From contig OZ193909.1 in the NCBI GenBank assembly GCA_964276515.1, positions 1,674,001-1,738,000 on the forward strand: a stretch of DNA of 64,000 bases, read 5' to 3'. A model generated the notes under the pieces. It did no database searches, had not been told where the DNA came from, and saw only the letters and a list, made by a program, of their open reading frames with translations. The first letter of the stretch is position 1. Each line of letters starts with the position of its first letter. The stretch comes from Gordius albopunctatus (taxonomy: Eukaryota). Positions 39,501 through 54,200 of the stretch are shown in pieces. A program made the position numbers and the translations under genes.

Positions 39501-41351
39501 ATTATTTACAGAGATATATAAGGAATTATTATTTAAATACCTTTTTATTTAAGACTTAAATTACCCAAGTTTTATATATACTAAAGAAAAGAGTATTGTT
39601 GACGCGAGCGACCCGTACTATAATTACTACACTAATCGACTGCTAATAACTCCTTTCTTGAACAACATCTAAACAGATAATGGAAAAAAATGTTGATAAT
39701 GGGATCGGAAAATCATCATCTATATTTACATAAAAATAAAAACCATTTAGCATCATAATATATACACAGTGGAAACTTCTTAATCGCAAATCGGATTATC
39801 GCGAAAATCTTTTAATCACGAAGCTAACCGCCATTTTGTTTTTTTTTCAAACGATAATATTAACAAAAACTTCGTTTATTGACAAATCGCTTAATAGTAC
39901 AATATCGGATATTCACAAACATTTTCGAGTCCTTAAATCAACCACATAATTATATAAAATATCGTTTTATTGCGAAGCGTAAGAAATTTATATTTATTAT
40001 AATGTACAACACATACTTTTATTTCCATCGCTTAATCGCGAAAAAAAATTCAGGCCAAGGCTTTGCAATTAAACGGTTTTGGGGTTTTTTGTGTCCGCCT
40101 TTGGTGTGGTTTTCCAAATTTCGACTAAACCTAGAAGTCGACTAAACATAAGCAGACCAAACAACCTTTGGTCGTTCAAGGGAAATCCAGCCGTTTTTAC
40201 GACACTACTATATATAGAGGGAATAACGTTGAGAGTTTATTGGCGCCATCTAAAACTTAACTTAATTAATTAAGCTAGATTGTGCTCAGTAGAGTTGTTA
40301 AATGGCTAACTTGCTTCAAACTCCAGACGCGAGTGCGCACACTGAGTTGCTTAATATGCGCTTTACCAAAATATGTGCTCGCTGTTGGGTGCACTAGGCA
40401 GAGCAGTAGCATATAAAAATGCTCGAGGGCCGAGCAAAAACTCGAGCAGATGGTAGCTGGAGTTGAGGCAAGTTAGCAATATAACAACTCTAGTGCTCAG
40501 GGTTTGGACTTCAGCTGCTTTAATGGTTAAAATGGATCTCCATCATAGCGATGATATATGTTCAAGATGGCCGTCATTTTTAGTAAGATTTTAGATGCGT
40601 GAATGTATAGGGTTTGAGCAGTGTATGAGTGAGTCTATGTGCAAATTAATTTTAAACATTTTATATAACTTTTTGCCTTGACCCCCATATTTTTCATTTA
40701 TAAACGTGGGCGATTGACATATTTGAGAGCATTTTGAAAACATTTATTGAAAAACAATCAAATTTCATATACCTATTCGATTATAAGTATTTAGGGCATT
40801 CGATTTTAACGTGTATATATGGCGTTTAAAATCAGCATGCCTCTAATTATAAATAGTATAAAATGTATTGCTTATTGGTACATGATAATCGCCAAACTTT
40901 TTTATAAGACAGAAAATCGGCATTCCCATTTGTAAATATAATTCAATAGTCGATATCGGAATGTTTTGCAAATAATTATGAGACTCAACTTTACTTATTT
41001 CATCCATTTTCACAAAATATGTATTTTTACCATAAAAATTGAATTAGAACACACTTTTGACTCGTTAAGGTTTTAGTGGCTTCAATAATAGTGATATTGG
41101 TGACCGCCCCCATAGGAGCAATCATTATAAACACCAGCGGTCCTAGACTTTTAAGCAAGGTTCCTCTCATTGCTTTGGACCAAGACCTTGAGCAAGCTCA
41201 CACCAACGGACTCCACCGCGTTAAAATCCATGAAAAGGTTGCAGCAATTAGCCTTCAACCTAAAATTTCAACTCCTTCTCTTCCCTATTCCGTTTCGCCC
41301 GAAATGCCGCCAGATATTTTTTACGCGTCTACCCACGATACCAAATTATAA
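33559..41351 (+). CDS. SLC9B/NHA-type cation/H+ exchanger (CPA2), at least 10 exons, 5' end not defined
   Basis: PPLLGMLVAG, PCIGEA, FPWAWAFVLGFVL..SPAVIVP, GVDKGIPTL, GAGALG, QPLLFGLIG, KEKVF..SWIPKATVQAAIG, ILVTAPIGA across phase-compatible exons. Confidence 0.92.
36709..38030. mobile_element. TAGAGTTG-family MITE carrying a nested insertion
   Basis: TSD CTATTTCC; interrupted at 36867-37977; itself sits in a GC-ended MITE remnant. Confidence 0.9.
36867..37977. repeat. Head-to-tail array of five hAT MITEs (TAGAGGTGTGCA ends, GATCC subrepeats)
   Basis: Units 36867-37152, 37161-37326, 37335-37625, 37634-37804, 37813-37977; identical 8-bp spacers ATACACAC; outer TSD GTGTGCGT. Confidence 0.95.
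39767..40080. mobile_element. Degenerate pogo/Tigger-like MITE
   Basis: CAGTGGAAACTTCTTAATCGC start with repeated TTAATCGCG motifs; right end unclear. Confidence 0.45.
40290..40492. mobile_element. hAT-type MITE, TAGAGTTG family, reverse orientation
   Basis: TIRs; TSD GTGCTCAG. Confidence 0.93.
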
Positions 41352-43809
41352 ATTTCGAAAGTTTACTTGGAACGGCTGGCTATGTGGTGCTCCGATGTGA
41401 TGAGTTTTTTTTCAATTCGCGTAGCCCTTTCCTTAATTTTTTGTTATCATTACGGTTTTTACTCAAATTAGCTACTCGATAATTGCATTAAATTTGTCGG
41501 GCGATAACTAAGATTGCACTCAAAATAGACGAAACACATCGATCGGTTAGGAAGCAGTATATTCCGCCCATGACTGATTTTTAGCCCTCTTCATATTCTC
41601 AACCGTTGTTACAGTTCTTAGAAGCAATCTTGAAATGGTTCGCTAGTCTTGCTTAAATCTACTCAATTATGAATCAGCGATATTTCATAACAATTAATCT
41701 ATTGCTGCTTAAATATCTCGGAAATTTGTATTTTTTATCCATTTTCACACGCCTTTATAGTTTCTCCTGTATATAATCTGTATCGTAATGTGATGTAAAA
41801 ATTGTATATATAGCACCTCGATTTATAGGAAACGCTCTAATTAATTACGATACCAGGAATACAGATTTTTTAGCCACCATTATACATAATCTTATGTTCT
41901 AAATTTAATTGACTTAAAATTATATTGACTAGATTGGGAATTTCTTGCATAGACTTTAGATGGAAGAGAATTATTATATTTAATATATTGAAGATATTAA
42001 TTTTTGATTTTGCACAGAATTAAACTTTTCACATGGTTGATAATATCTATAATTATGCTATTTTACGAGTGCCTTTTTGTCTGATAAAATTTTACAGAAG
42101 TTTGTATTAACAACTAGTCGATTGTTAATTGCCTATTATATAAACACAAGTGAGCTAATTGTTTAGGAACTGGAAAACCAATTAATATGTTAAATTTGTT
42201 CGGGTTTTAATTACTAACGCAGCTGATCAATAGTGCCTACCTAATACATGGTAATTACGTATGAATTCGTTGAAACGTCCCTAAAACGAGAGTTATAAGA
42301 CAATTTTAGGCTTATTCAAAGAAAATGCTATAGAAAAACTCTACACTGTGTAAAATCAAGATGAATGCTTTCTTCGCTTGCTCTTAGTAAATGTGCTCAA
42401 CGTGTTTCCAGCTTTTAAAAATGTTCAACCGCTTAACATATCTCACTTTTCGCAGGGCATACCAACCTCTGCATTTATTAGAGCACAACTGTCACTAGGG
42501 TATCACTTTGCATCCAAAACGCGTGCATTGTTTGCAATCATATGGATACCTGCTATCCGTCACCTCTTAAAGATTTACGGGACACGTGACAAAATTTTCA
42601 GTCGAGGCAGCAATGATTATACCAAAATATAATTTATAGCAGAACTCTGTAACGAAATTAATTACTTTTGAAGATTTGTGCTTATAAATCACAACACGAC
42701 ATCACCAAATATCTTTTGCTGCTTCGTTCGTTATTATTACAAGTGATTTTTGTCTTGTGTACAAATATCTACTCCTAAGCTAGCTAATGTTAAATAAAAG
42801 TCACTTGCGATCAATAATGATATCTCTCAATAAAGGGAGCAGATAAGTCTTTCTAGATGCCCAGGAGTAATTGGTAAAATGTTTAAACCTACATTACTTC
42901 TGAAAACATTCGCTCCCAAAATGACATAGCCATGGCTCTTCCCTTGTCCCGAATAGCTGTGACATTGCTACCCGGCTGAAGAATATCTCATGTCTAATTA
43001 AAAGTGGCTTTGATCATGCGCAGTATTGAATTTTCCATGTGCCACATCTCCAAAGGACCCAGCATGGGGATAATCTCATGCGAGGAGTCATTATTAAAAC
43101 GGTTAAGATTTGTCACTCAAATTTAATTCTGTATATAAACAGGCCTGGGCCTAGCCAGGATAGCCATAAAATAATAAAACAATTTCCCCCCTCGGATTTT
43201 TTATGGAAAAAAAATTATTTTAGATCTAAAGTTTATATTTTATAGTTGTGCAACGTAACTGACCAAGTAAGACACTTATTAATTGCTACACAATTTATTA
43301 GAATTAGCTCCCTCTCCAGATAAAGTTCTTGAGATATTATCGCTGGGAAAAAGAAAATATAAAATTATTTTAGAATGACTTCCTTTTTTTAATTATAATG
43401 TTGAAATAAAAATGGTATAAAAAAGGGCCAATCCATTTAATCTATTTTTTGACTTAGTATTTCTTATATAAAATCTAATAGGTAAAGAAGAGTTGTGATG
43501 TTGGGTGAGGATTATAATATTTTATAATCTGATAGGGTGGCGTCCAATGGATTATTTGGACTAAATCCTTCTATAATTTATTTTTATTCGCGTTACTGGA
43601 AAAACAATCAAAAAATTGGGAGGAAATATTAGAAATTTGCCAAAACTTGTTTCTTGTCCAAAAACCGTTCATTTTCTTACCATATCAAGGGCTCTTAAGT
43701 TCAAACCATACAACTTGGCCTTAAGCGCGACTACTATTACTAAAGTTTCTGCTAACTGTCTGATTTGCTGAAGATCTAGGTCCTTTTTTTGCAATTGCTT
43801 GCATAATAT

Positions 43810-46374
43810 CATAGACTAGATAGACTGCTCATGCCATATGTTGCATATGGTTAATTGTGTGTCCAATTTTCCTCCATTTTGAAGAGTGCAACTGGTGTAT
43901 TTTATCCATGTAGTTTTGCACTATAACAGTCAATTTACCTTCCTCACTACTTTATAAATTAAAACGAACGTCAATAAATTAATATTACACAAACTATTGA
44001 TGGCGCTATATTATTAAGCAAACTTTAATCGCAGTTTTTAAATTTTTATGTATTGTGAAAATGATATTTATTTTAAAATGCTGTTTTTGATATCTACCCA
44101 ATTCATTATTTTTTTATTTACCTTTTTAAATTAATTAATTTGCGAAAATGATTAATTTCTATATAATCACCACTTTACCGTGTTAACATCAAAATGGTAA
44201 AAAAGGTTTCGTAACAAGTCAAACGTTATAAAGACACTAATTATAAAACACCTAAAAATACCTAAAACACATATGAATCACGTTCATTTTACTCTATCCC
44301 AAAAAAGAAAACCAATTTTAGTTTATCAAAATTATCATTATATAAAAGTCAATAATGGTAAAGATTCAAAATCTTACTACAAATGTAGAGTAAGTGAATG
44401 TGGTGGCAGAGGTTTCTATTCAGATGCAAGGTTTACAATGACTTAAATGATGCAACAAATCTACCTATATCCCATTTGAGTAATTTAATTTAAAAGCTTA
44501 TATCATAATTTTTATATACAGTGGATCTATATAATCATCCCACGTAAATGATGCAATATTCTCTACTATCCCCACATCCCTTCACCGAGAACACTGAACG
44601 ATCTCTGCTATGGAATCGGTAAAATCGCCTCTTGTTGTTCAGGACACCCACGACTTTAAAGATTATGTGCTCTACTGACAATATCTATTCAGATGGGACT
44701 TACTACGTATGCCCCCCTCTGTTTAGTCAAGTAATAGTAGTTTTTTGATAACTTTCAATTAATAGGTCTACACAATTCATACCTTTTACAGAGGGCACAT
44801 GATTCCGGTTGTGTATGCCCTGCTGCCAGATAAAACGTATGATACGTATAAAATGATGTTTGACCAGTTAAAAATATTGTGCCGGGAGCATAATTTGGTG
44901 TTTCAGCCGATTATGCTCAAATCGATTTTGAAAAGGCGGCTGAGTTAGCCCTTGAAGATTTCTTCCCAGGTGTTTCTGTGAGAGGTATCTTATTTATCAA
45001 TAACATATATTTAAATTAGGGTGCTTATTCCATTATTGCCAAGCCCTTTTTCGAAGGCTTGGGCATGAGGGCATCAGAAGTTCTTGCAACGAGAATGCCC
45101 ATTTTAAAAAATTGGTCAAGCGGGCCCTTGCCCTTCCTTTTTTAGAAGAGGGCGACGTTTTAAGTGTGTTTCACTCGCTTGCCAATGACCCACTTGCTCG
45201 GTCCAACGAAAGAATGAATTTTTTTTGTTTACATTCATCATACCTGGGTCGGATCAACAGCCACTTTTCCTTATAAGGTTTGGCAGAGGCATACTGTTAC
45301 GGGACCCCGTACCAATAATAATCTTGAGGGGTTCCACAACAGCATAAAATGCCTTGTTGGCCAGGCCCATCCTGTTATATATGTTTTTATTGAATTTTTA
45401 CGCAAAGTACAGTTAATGACTGACTTAAATTTATTACATATCTCGCAAGGGAATCAAGTTTCCGCTCCCAACAAAAAATATGTAGATATTAATAATAATA
45501 TAAATCGTTTTTTAAATTCTTATCGATCTAACGAGATCTATAAATTTGAATCCGTTTATATGTATTTACAATCTCATGAATCAATTACAACCGTATAAAT
45601 AAAATTTATTTCTAGTTTTTTATAAATTATTATAGTACGGTGTGTTTTTCATCTTAATTATTAATCACAATCTTATTAATAAATATTGCCGATTCTAGTT
45701 TAGGTTTAAGGAAATCAAATATCACTATCTTCAAGGATCTATTTGTAAAAAGAAATTAATAAAATAATTTTCTGTAAAATAAATGTCGCTTGCTTATAAT
45801 GATTAGTCCTTGAAATAAAACTAAAAGATCATTTGATAATGTTTATTTACAAAAATAAACAATAAAAGCTCAAAATTAAATTTATATGCCCCGTAATAAG
45901 AAAAAATGGTTATTGATATTCTTTTGCTTCTATTTATAGGTTTTTTAGTTTGAAAAGAGGTATCTTTTTGAATTTCCACTCCTCTCTTTATTTTTAATAA
46001 AACTTTAACAGACTAAATATTTACATTTCTTAACCTTAACTACATGTCCAATTCAATCAAAAATTATATCTAAGCCAATATTAATTTTTTATTATATAAT
46101 AAACTTTACTAATTTAAATAAACTAATACAATTAGAGTTAGGCATTTATAATTAAATTAATTTTTTATGCTAAAGATTTATATTATAATATTCTTGCACC
46201 CTTTTTATATAATAACTTTTATGCTAAAATATTGTTTAATATTTTATCTTTATTTTTATATTTTAAATATGTACCAAAATGTGGTACTATGAAACATTTG
46301 ACTTTATAACGTTTGACCCCGATTCAAAAAGGGTACAGATTTTGTGCATTACAGAGCAGTCTATCTAGTATATG
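43810..46374. mobile_element. CATAGACT-family element expanded by a nested MULE
   Basis: TIR CATAGACTAGATAGACTGCTC / GAGCAGTCTATCTAGTATATG; TSD CATAATAT. Confidence 0.88.
44211..46325 (+). mobile_element. Mutator-like (MULE) element with a pseudogenised, intron-containing transposase (~44274-45597)
   Basis: TIR core GTCAAACGTTATAAAG at both ends; YSDGTY..CPPLFSQVYTIH, PVVYALLPDK, DFEKA, GCLFHYCQA, RTNNNLEGFHN. Confidence 0.88.
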
Positions 46375-46738
46375 CATAATATATTCAGATTGTCGTAGAG
46401 AAGTGAGCAAAGTTGCAGCTTCTGTTGCAACATCGTTATCATACCAGCTTGCTTCAATTTCTCCTTACCTTATTTAGTTTCTCTTCCATTGACAACATTT
46501 CAATTAAAACTTCATGACGTTTGAATAGATTAAATGGATTGACACTTTTATTAGCGATTCATGGGGAATCAGCTCCTACTCCAGATGACGCTGGGAAAAA
46601 GAAAATAGGAAATTATTTTATGTTGTGTACCAGATTTTATAATTTTGATGTTGAAATATAAATTTTATAAAAAAATTTGGAAATTTTTTCCCATCCCCGG
46701 AGAAAATCCTGGCTACGCCTGTTTTCAATATCACATTT

Positions 46739-49700
46739 TGTTACGGGCTGATATTTATTCACTTAAACTATTAGGAGTGTGATACAAAAACACGACGACC
46801 AAATCATAATAATGTGCTGGCGTATATATCCAACGCCTTTATATGTTACAACCAATTAACGATAATTTGATCGCCAACGCGCGTGTAAATAACATCAAAT
46901 TTGATCGCCAACGCGCGTGTAAATAACCTCAACACGCAGGTAACTATCGTATCCCTGGAGGCATTTTACCTCTCTACAGTTCCCCCCTTTTCACAGACAA
47001 AATCCTTAAGGAATTCTGGCGGTTTCCGGCTACGTTGTGCGTATCTCGGTTCTTCCCTAGGCGTTCCTGTCTGGTTTTGTCTTTGTTCCCTTGTCGCACT
47101 TGTTACCCTGTTTTGCATTTGTTTCATTGGCGCATTTGTTCCCTCTTCCCTTTCTGGTGATATTCTTTGTGGCCACCTGTTCTCTTGCCCCAGCGTGGTC
47201 CAATCCAGGATTTTCCGTTTCCTTACTTGATCCAGGTGTCGGTGGTGCTTTCTTCCCTGTGCCCATACATCGTAGGAACAACTCCCGTGTTTGGCCTTTA
47301 TCGTGCCTTCCACCCATTTGCTTGGAACCAGGAACATGCGTACCCACACCAAGTCTCCTACGTTGAACATTCGTGGGTTCCCGGTCTCTACCCATTGTTG
47401 CGGTACGGTTTCCCTTAATACCTAACCATTCGGTTCGTATACGCCTTTTTAACATCATCTCTGCCGGGATTTTATTGGTTGTGGGGTGTTTCGTCGATCT
47501 ATAGTTTTCCAGAAATCTATTTATCTCTACTTCCGACTCGTTCCTCATGATGGCTTCTTTCATTAATCGTACGTATCTTTCTGCCAAACCGTTCGACGCA
47601 GGATGGTACGGAGCTGTCCATCGCTGATTAATCCCTCTCATCTTGCAAAAGTTTTGTAAATCCTGTCCTTTGAACTGTGGGCCATTATCCGATATTAGCC
47701 ATGGTGGATTTCCAAATCTCGCAAACGTCTCGGCAAGTTTTTTTTATAATGGTTGTCGACGTGGTGTCTTCTAACTTAAACACCTCTACCCATTTCGAAC
47801 TATTGTCCACCATCACGAGGTATGATTTACCCTTGAGAGGCCCCATGATATCGATATGTACTTGGACCCATGGTTTTTGGCTAGGTTGACACTCTATCAA
47901 TGGTGCCTTCTTCGCCGCCGTGGCCGTGTAATTGCAATTCCGGCATCCTTTCGCTACGCTCAATAAGTCCTCGTCGAGAGTAGGCCACCATATATACTGC
48001 CGCGCCACTTCTTGCAATGTAGTCTTTGTAGTACCGCTCCTCGTAACTTAGCCGGAATTAATATTCGTCGCCCTTTGTAATATATTATGCTCTTGGCCTC
48101 ATGCAACTTTGCCAGGTGTTTTTCGTAGGTCCGTTTTAGTCCACCCGTGACCATTGTGTTTTGTTTACCTTTCATCCACTCTTTTACTTGACGTAGCCCC
48201 GGATCCTCCAAGGTGCGTTGTCTTACTACGTCCAATGAAATAAACGGATTCGTCGAGTCTTCTGGAATTTCCTCGGTAACCTGATACGCGTGTTCGTTCG
48301 GTTTCCTCGACAAGAAATCTGCCGCGTTTTCGGCTCCCTTGTTGTACTCGAACTTGGTCGTGTAGCCTGATACCATGAGCGCCCACCTAGTTAGCCGAGG
48401 TGACCATTGTTCCTTGCCCTTTTTGCTCTGGTCGAATATATATACTAGCGGTCTATGATCCGTCATAATAGTTACGCTTCGTCCCTGTATAAATTCATTG
48501 AACTTTTTTAGTCCATACACCACCGCCAGAGCCTCTCGCTCGATCGTCGCATATCGGCTTTCGCTATCGTTTAACGCTCTTGACGCATAGGCCACCACCC
48601 TCCAATTCTCTCCTGGTGCTCGTTGCTGTAAGATGGCCCCTAACCCTGTACTAGAGGCGTCTACTACCAGCCCTGTCTCCCAATCTCCATTAAAGTACGC
48701 CAGTACGGGGGCTTTCGTAAGGGCGGATTTGATAGCTTCGAACGCGCCTTGTTGTTCTCCACCCCAGTGGTACACCACATTTTTTTTCATTAGTTTCTGA
48801 ATTGGGTGTATGATTTTGGCGTAGTCCTTAATGAACTTTGCAAAGTATGCTGTTAACCCACGGAAGGATTATATTTCTTTTTTGTTTGTTAAATTTTTCC
48901 ACTGCTTGACTATCTCGGCTTTATTGTCGTTGATTTGAATCCCCTTGTTACTTATTACGTATCCCAAAAAGGTTACTTCCTTAGCCCACAAGTTGCTCTT
49001 GGTAATGTTTGGCACAACCACCACTTTTGTAACGTTTCTAGTACTTTGAGTAACCGCTCGTTGTGAATTTCTTCCGTTTCCCCTGCAATTTGTATGTCGT
49101 CGATGTATACCGCTACCCCCTCCATGCCTCCTAATATTTGGTCCATTGTTTTTTGGAAAAAACCCGCGGCACAATTTAAACCAAACGGCATCCGGTTAAC
49201 TTTAAATAGTCCTTGTGAGTGGAGATCGTCAATCGTTGGCTCGTCTCTGGTCCTAATTCAAGATGTAAGTACGCTTTCGTAAGGTCCAGCTTCGTAAAAT
49301 AACACGCGTTATCAATTTTATTTAACAAATCGTCGATTTTGGGTCGTATTTATTTATCGTAAACCGGTAGTCTATACATAATCGCAGAGTCCCATCGCTT
49401 TTTTTCACGGGTACCACTGGGCTGGCCCATCTTGAGAAATCGATTGGTTCTATCACCCCGTCTCTGACCCATTTATTCAGTTCTTCTTCTATTTCTTTCT
49501 TCCACGCCATCGGCACTCTTCGCGCGGGGATAAATACGGGATCTATGCCCTCTTTTACCGGTACTTCCACCGTTATTCCCTTGACTGCTTGCGGGAATTC
49601 GTTTTGCTGGCCCTCCCATCGTTTCATCACGTGCTGTATCGCTAACTTGGTATCCTTCGGTCTTTCCACGTTTGCTGGCCCTCCCATCGTTTCATCACGT

Positions 49701-50908
49701 GCTGTATCGCTAACTTGGTATCCTTCGGTCTTTCCACGTAATTGACCGCGAACCGTTCCGCCGCTGTTCTCGAGTTCCAACGCATTTGACGCCATATTTC
49801 GGGTTCAAATTCTTGTATCCAATCGATCCCGCATAGCGGCGGCCCCGCTACGTCTGCTAGCAATAACGACAGCTGTTTCCTTGTGTTACCCAATCGGACT
49901 TCGGCTTGTACCTTGGCTACGATCTTTATTTCCCCGTGGCCGTAGGCGTACACCGTCGGGACGGCCTCTTTGTTGCGTGGGATCTCCTTCGCCCATCTTC
50001 GCGCAGGTAATATCGAAACCGTAGCGCCGGTATCGACGATAAATTGGAACAATTCGTTATTAATATATATATCAACTGTTAACACATCTAAAGCATGGTT
50101 TAACCTGGGAATCCGGACCGGCCCAGGCCACGCTTCTCGTTTCGCCACTACGCTCCACGCCTCTTCGACCCCGTCCTGCAAGGTGCTTAGCCCGCCATTT
50201 ATCGTCTCGGCCGTTACTGCCAGCTCCCGTAGGCGGTCCCATTTGATGTCATTTTCTGCCAACAGTTTCGCTTGTAAGCTTCTATCGCGCAATCCTATAA
50301 TGAATTGGTCGACGATTCTGCTCTGCACTTCTTCATTTCCGAAGTTGCAGCTATTAGCCCCGGCCTTGAGTCTATTAGCGTACGTGTCTATCGTCTCTCC
50401 CTGGCCTTGTCGGAGCTTTGAGAATTCGTACCTCTTTGCCCTCGTACATGAATTTCTCTGGAATAATTTCCTTAACCAATTTTTCGCTTCTTCGTATGTA
50501 ATTCCTGTCAACTCTTGCGGTCTATAATCCTATAGTATTAATTGGAATGCATCCCCCTCTAGGCTGGTTAATAATAGCGTGGCTTTTTGTTCATCTGTCT
50601 CCGTCTTATTGTTCCTAAGGAATAACTCAAATTGGGTTAAGAAAGCGTCGATGTTAGCTGTTGTTTTATATTTCTGCATCTCCGCGTAGGTTTCTCCACG
50701 TCGACACTGTTACGGGCTGATATTTATTCACTTAAACTATTAGGAGTGTGATACAAAAACACGACGACAAAATAAGTGTCCTGGCGTATATATCCAACGC
50801 CTTTATATGTTACAACCAATTAACGATAATTTGATCGCCAACGCGCGTGTAAATAACCTCAACACGCAGGTAACTATCGTATCCCTGGAGGCAATTTACC
50901 TCTCTACT
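46739..50908 (-). mobile_element. Degenerate full-length Ty3/Gypsy LTR retrotransposon
   Basis: LTRs 46739-46978 and 50708-50908, TSD CATTT, polypurine tract beside the left LTR; gag, protease (VDTGA), RT (YIDD), RNase H (DAS..GLGA), integrase in Gypsy order; frameshifts and a 68-bp internal duplication. Confidence 0.96.
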
Positions 50909-51203
50909 CATTTAAAATTTTTTTGTCTAGATATTAAAAATTTGTTGAGTATATTTAGCTTTGTAAACTGATTAATGATATTATAAATGAGTCAACAGCT
51001 ATGAATTTCAAAATTTAAACCAATCAGTTATTTTGAGTGCTTCTAGGTTTTTTATGAAAAAGCCCCAAACAAAGAATAAAGAGATATGTCTAAAAAATAA
51101 TAGAAACTTTAGTAATTTTTAACTATGGTCCATTATGTTATTTGTCCTATATATTTCAAACTTATTGAGAAGCATACGTTCATACGATCAGCCGTTTGAA
51201 TTA

Positions 51204-54200
51204 ATGTCCATTTTAACAGCAGAAGAACTGGCAATTGCCAACTCATTTGCTGAGCATTATCTAGATATAACGGATTCGCTTCCTAATGATATACAACGAA
51301 ATATATCTGATATTTTGGAAACGGACACAAGAGTGAATGGTAGTTGATTTTATAATATAAATTTATCTTTATTTAGGCATTATGGAAAATATTATGCAAG
51401 AGAGAATCAATTATGAGTCTGCTACAGCTAATACTGAAACATCTCAAAATTCTTTAAACAAATTAGAACAATGCTTTTTGCAGTTGCAAGAGATCAATGA
51501 TAATAAGTTGGGATATACTACATCTATTTTAGAACTTATTGATGAAAATTTAAAAGTTCTTGAAAATGATAAAAAACTAATTGGTAATTTTTATTATTAT
51601 AAATTGCATTTATAGTATATTATATTACAATACTATTTGTGCAATTATTTTTTAGATTTTGTTTTTTAACACAATAGTTAATATACTTTGAATAAATTAC
51701 TAAGTGTTTTTATACTATATCACCTTTTAATAACTTAACATTGATGTTTTTAGAAAAAAATGAAAATTTGAGACAACTCTTTATAATTGGATTACCTGAA
51801 ACAAACCTGAGCAAGTCTACAATATTGCCCCAAATCCCAACATCCTATAATCACCCTCCAGCAACTCCATCTTGGAATTTTGGTAAAACAGGTAAAAAGG
51901 GAAGTGCCACATCTCCTTACCATCATGACTACGATTTTGAATTAACCCCCTACCACAGGAATTCTCCTCCATATTTTACCACACCCCAACAACCACCACC
52001 CGGTTATGACCCCTCATCTCCCTCCTACAACCCCGCCCTTCCCCCATCACCTGGGGATTGTGGGGTTGGGGAGGGAACACCAAATGCCTCACCCCCTGAC
52101 GACGAGGAATCACGTGTTAAGTAAAAATTATCAGAAAGTTAAAAAAATTTACTCTTTTAAAATAGTCAAAATCACATTATTTGTGTATTTTTTTAGCTAG
52201 CAGATTATTAAGAAAGTTATCATGTTTTAGGATATTAATACCCACTTGAGTTCAAGAAATTAAATAGGATTGATTGTTATATAAATGGTAAATCTTTTGA
52301 GAGAAATCTTTAATGAAATTTTGTTTGATCTTAATATAATTGATTAAAAACGAATAATTTAACAAGCTTAACATATTTTTATATTCCCCCCTCCTCTTCC
52401 AGTGTAAAAGGGGCGTTGCCTTCGATGACCTCACCACCCTCAAGGTCGAAACGCCACCGTCGGGCCAAGGGCGTTACCCCAGGGGGCGAACACTACGTGT
52501 ACGGGAATCGAAGATTCGGGAAAAACAAGATGGCGACCCCCACTTTCGGAACCGTCCCCGAAGATGGTTCCGGGCGTAGGAGCGTAGCTAGGAATGCCGC
52601 TCTTAATTTATCATCATCCGTCGGTTTAGGGAAGAGGAGACGTAGAAAGGTATTAGGGCTTGTCTTAATATGGGGTTCAGATTCAAATCGCGCGAATTTA
52701 TTTTTCTCTAAATATCCTATTCAATTTCATGGGCCAAACTCGGTTGTAATTATTATTAATATTTGTTTTTTGATATTTAAAAACGTTTTTTTGTTTAGTT
52801 CAACTCTAGAGATTGAATCTAAACTTCCCTAATACCTAAAAATTTAAAAACATACGGCATTTTTATTCCATATTTAAAATCTGTAAATTTTTCCAACATT
52901 TTGATAGTAATTTCAAATTTACAGGAGTATTTTGAAGGTTTTAAAATTTAGCTTAAATTTGAACGTCCCCTATCGGTTACACTGTACAGAGCTTATGTGC
53001 ATAGCGCAACCCTTTTAATCACGCCATTTGGCACGATAGTCATAATGAGGCACAATCACGCCTCATCAAAAAGTCAGTAAATTATTTGGGTTCAATGCCC
53101 AGAGTTATGGAATAAATTTATACCAGCCGCAAAAGTATCGTTTTGGGGAAGAAATTCATGCTTCAAATTATTTGGATTGGATGTCGCTTACTACAATGAC
53201 GGGCAGCTCCATCGTCTTGACAAAATCCTTAAATTCTGCAGTTTAAAAAAATCAATTGTCCAAAATTATGGTTGTAAAATACGACCGACTTCGTAAGTCA
53301 ACTCAAAATCTTAGCTTTTCCGGCGTCAGGAGCCCTTACTGCAATATCAGACTTCGCATTTATTGTTGATCCTCGTTCCAATATAATTAACAAATTTTTC
53401 ACTTATCTTAGGCATTTAATAAAACCTTAATTAATTAGCTTATTTTTATGCCTCCCAGTGTGACTCTTAGCTTAGGTGATACTCCTTTTTTCCATAATTT
53501 TTAAATTGTTTTGTCATCTAGACCATATTGAGATGCCCCAAAATTGTTCTTATGAAAATTGGTTCGGGCGAACCGTTAGTGGTACCTGTCGGGTTAAGGA
53601 GAGTTCCATGCTTTTTACTGTTATTTTTGGCGATGAAGTCGCGGTTTAAAATCGTTTGCCAGACTATTACTTCATTCTCCGTCATTCGATTGAATCGAAT
53701 GTTATATAATTTTTATAGCATTAAATAAACTTACTTCGGTGTTATAGTAAAATAAAACACTCTACGCAAACACGATAAATTTTCATTTGGCAGCGGAAAA
53801 CCCTGACGATGACGGATGGTGGCAACCATAATTACAAATCGGTTCATCAAAATCGTTTGGCCGCCGCTCCTTCCGTGCATAGTTCTTCCGCCAATTTCTC
53901 GCTCGTGGAACCGGTTAACACGGCCTCGCCCCGCCGGCCCCCCACATCCGACGACGAAGACGACGACTACCCCCCGCGGAACACGACCCCTCCGGACGGT
54001 CACGTATCAACGGGCGGTACTCCGGGCGGAGGGGTGGGGCAGGGGGCGGAACCGCGTTATTGCCTGTGCGATCGCGTTTCCTTCGGCGAAATGATCGCTT
54101 GCGATAACGAACGCTGTCCCCTGGAATGGTTTCACTTCGCCTGCGTCGGCCTGACCGGTGGGAAACCGAAAGGACGGTGGTATTGCCCTCGATGTCGTCG

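Noticed and set aside
42380..43100. Decayed coding-like stretch on the minus strand
   Set aside because: Multiple stops and no motif I can assign with confidence; probably an old transposase remnant
46901..50527. Plus-strand ORFs over the Gypsy element
   Set aside because: Antisense shadows of GC-richer gag-pol sequence
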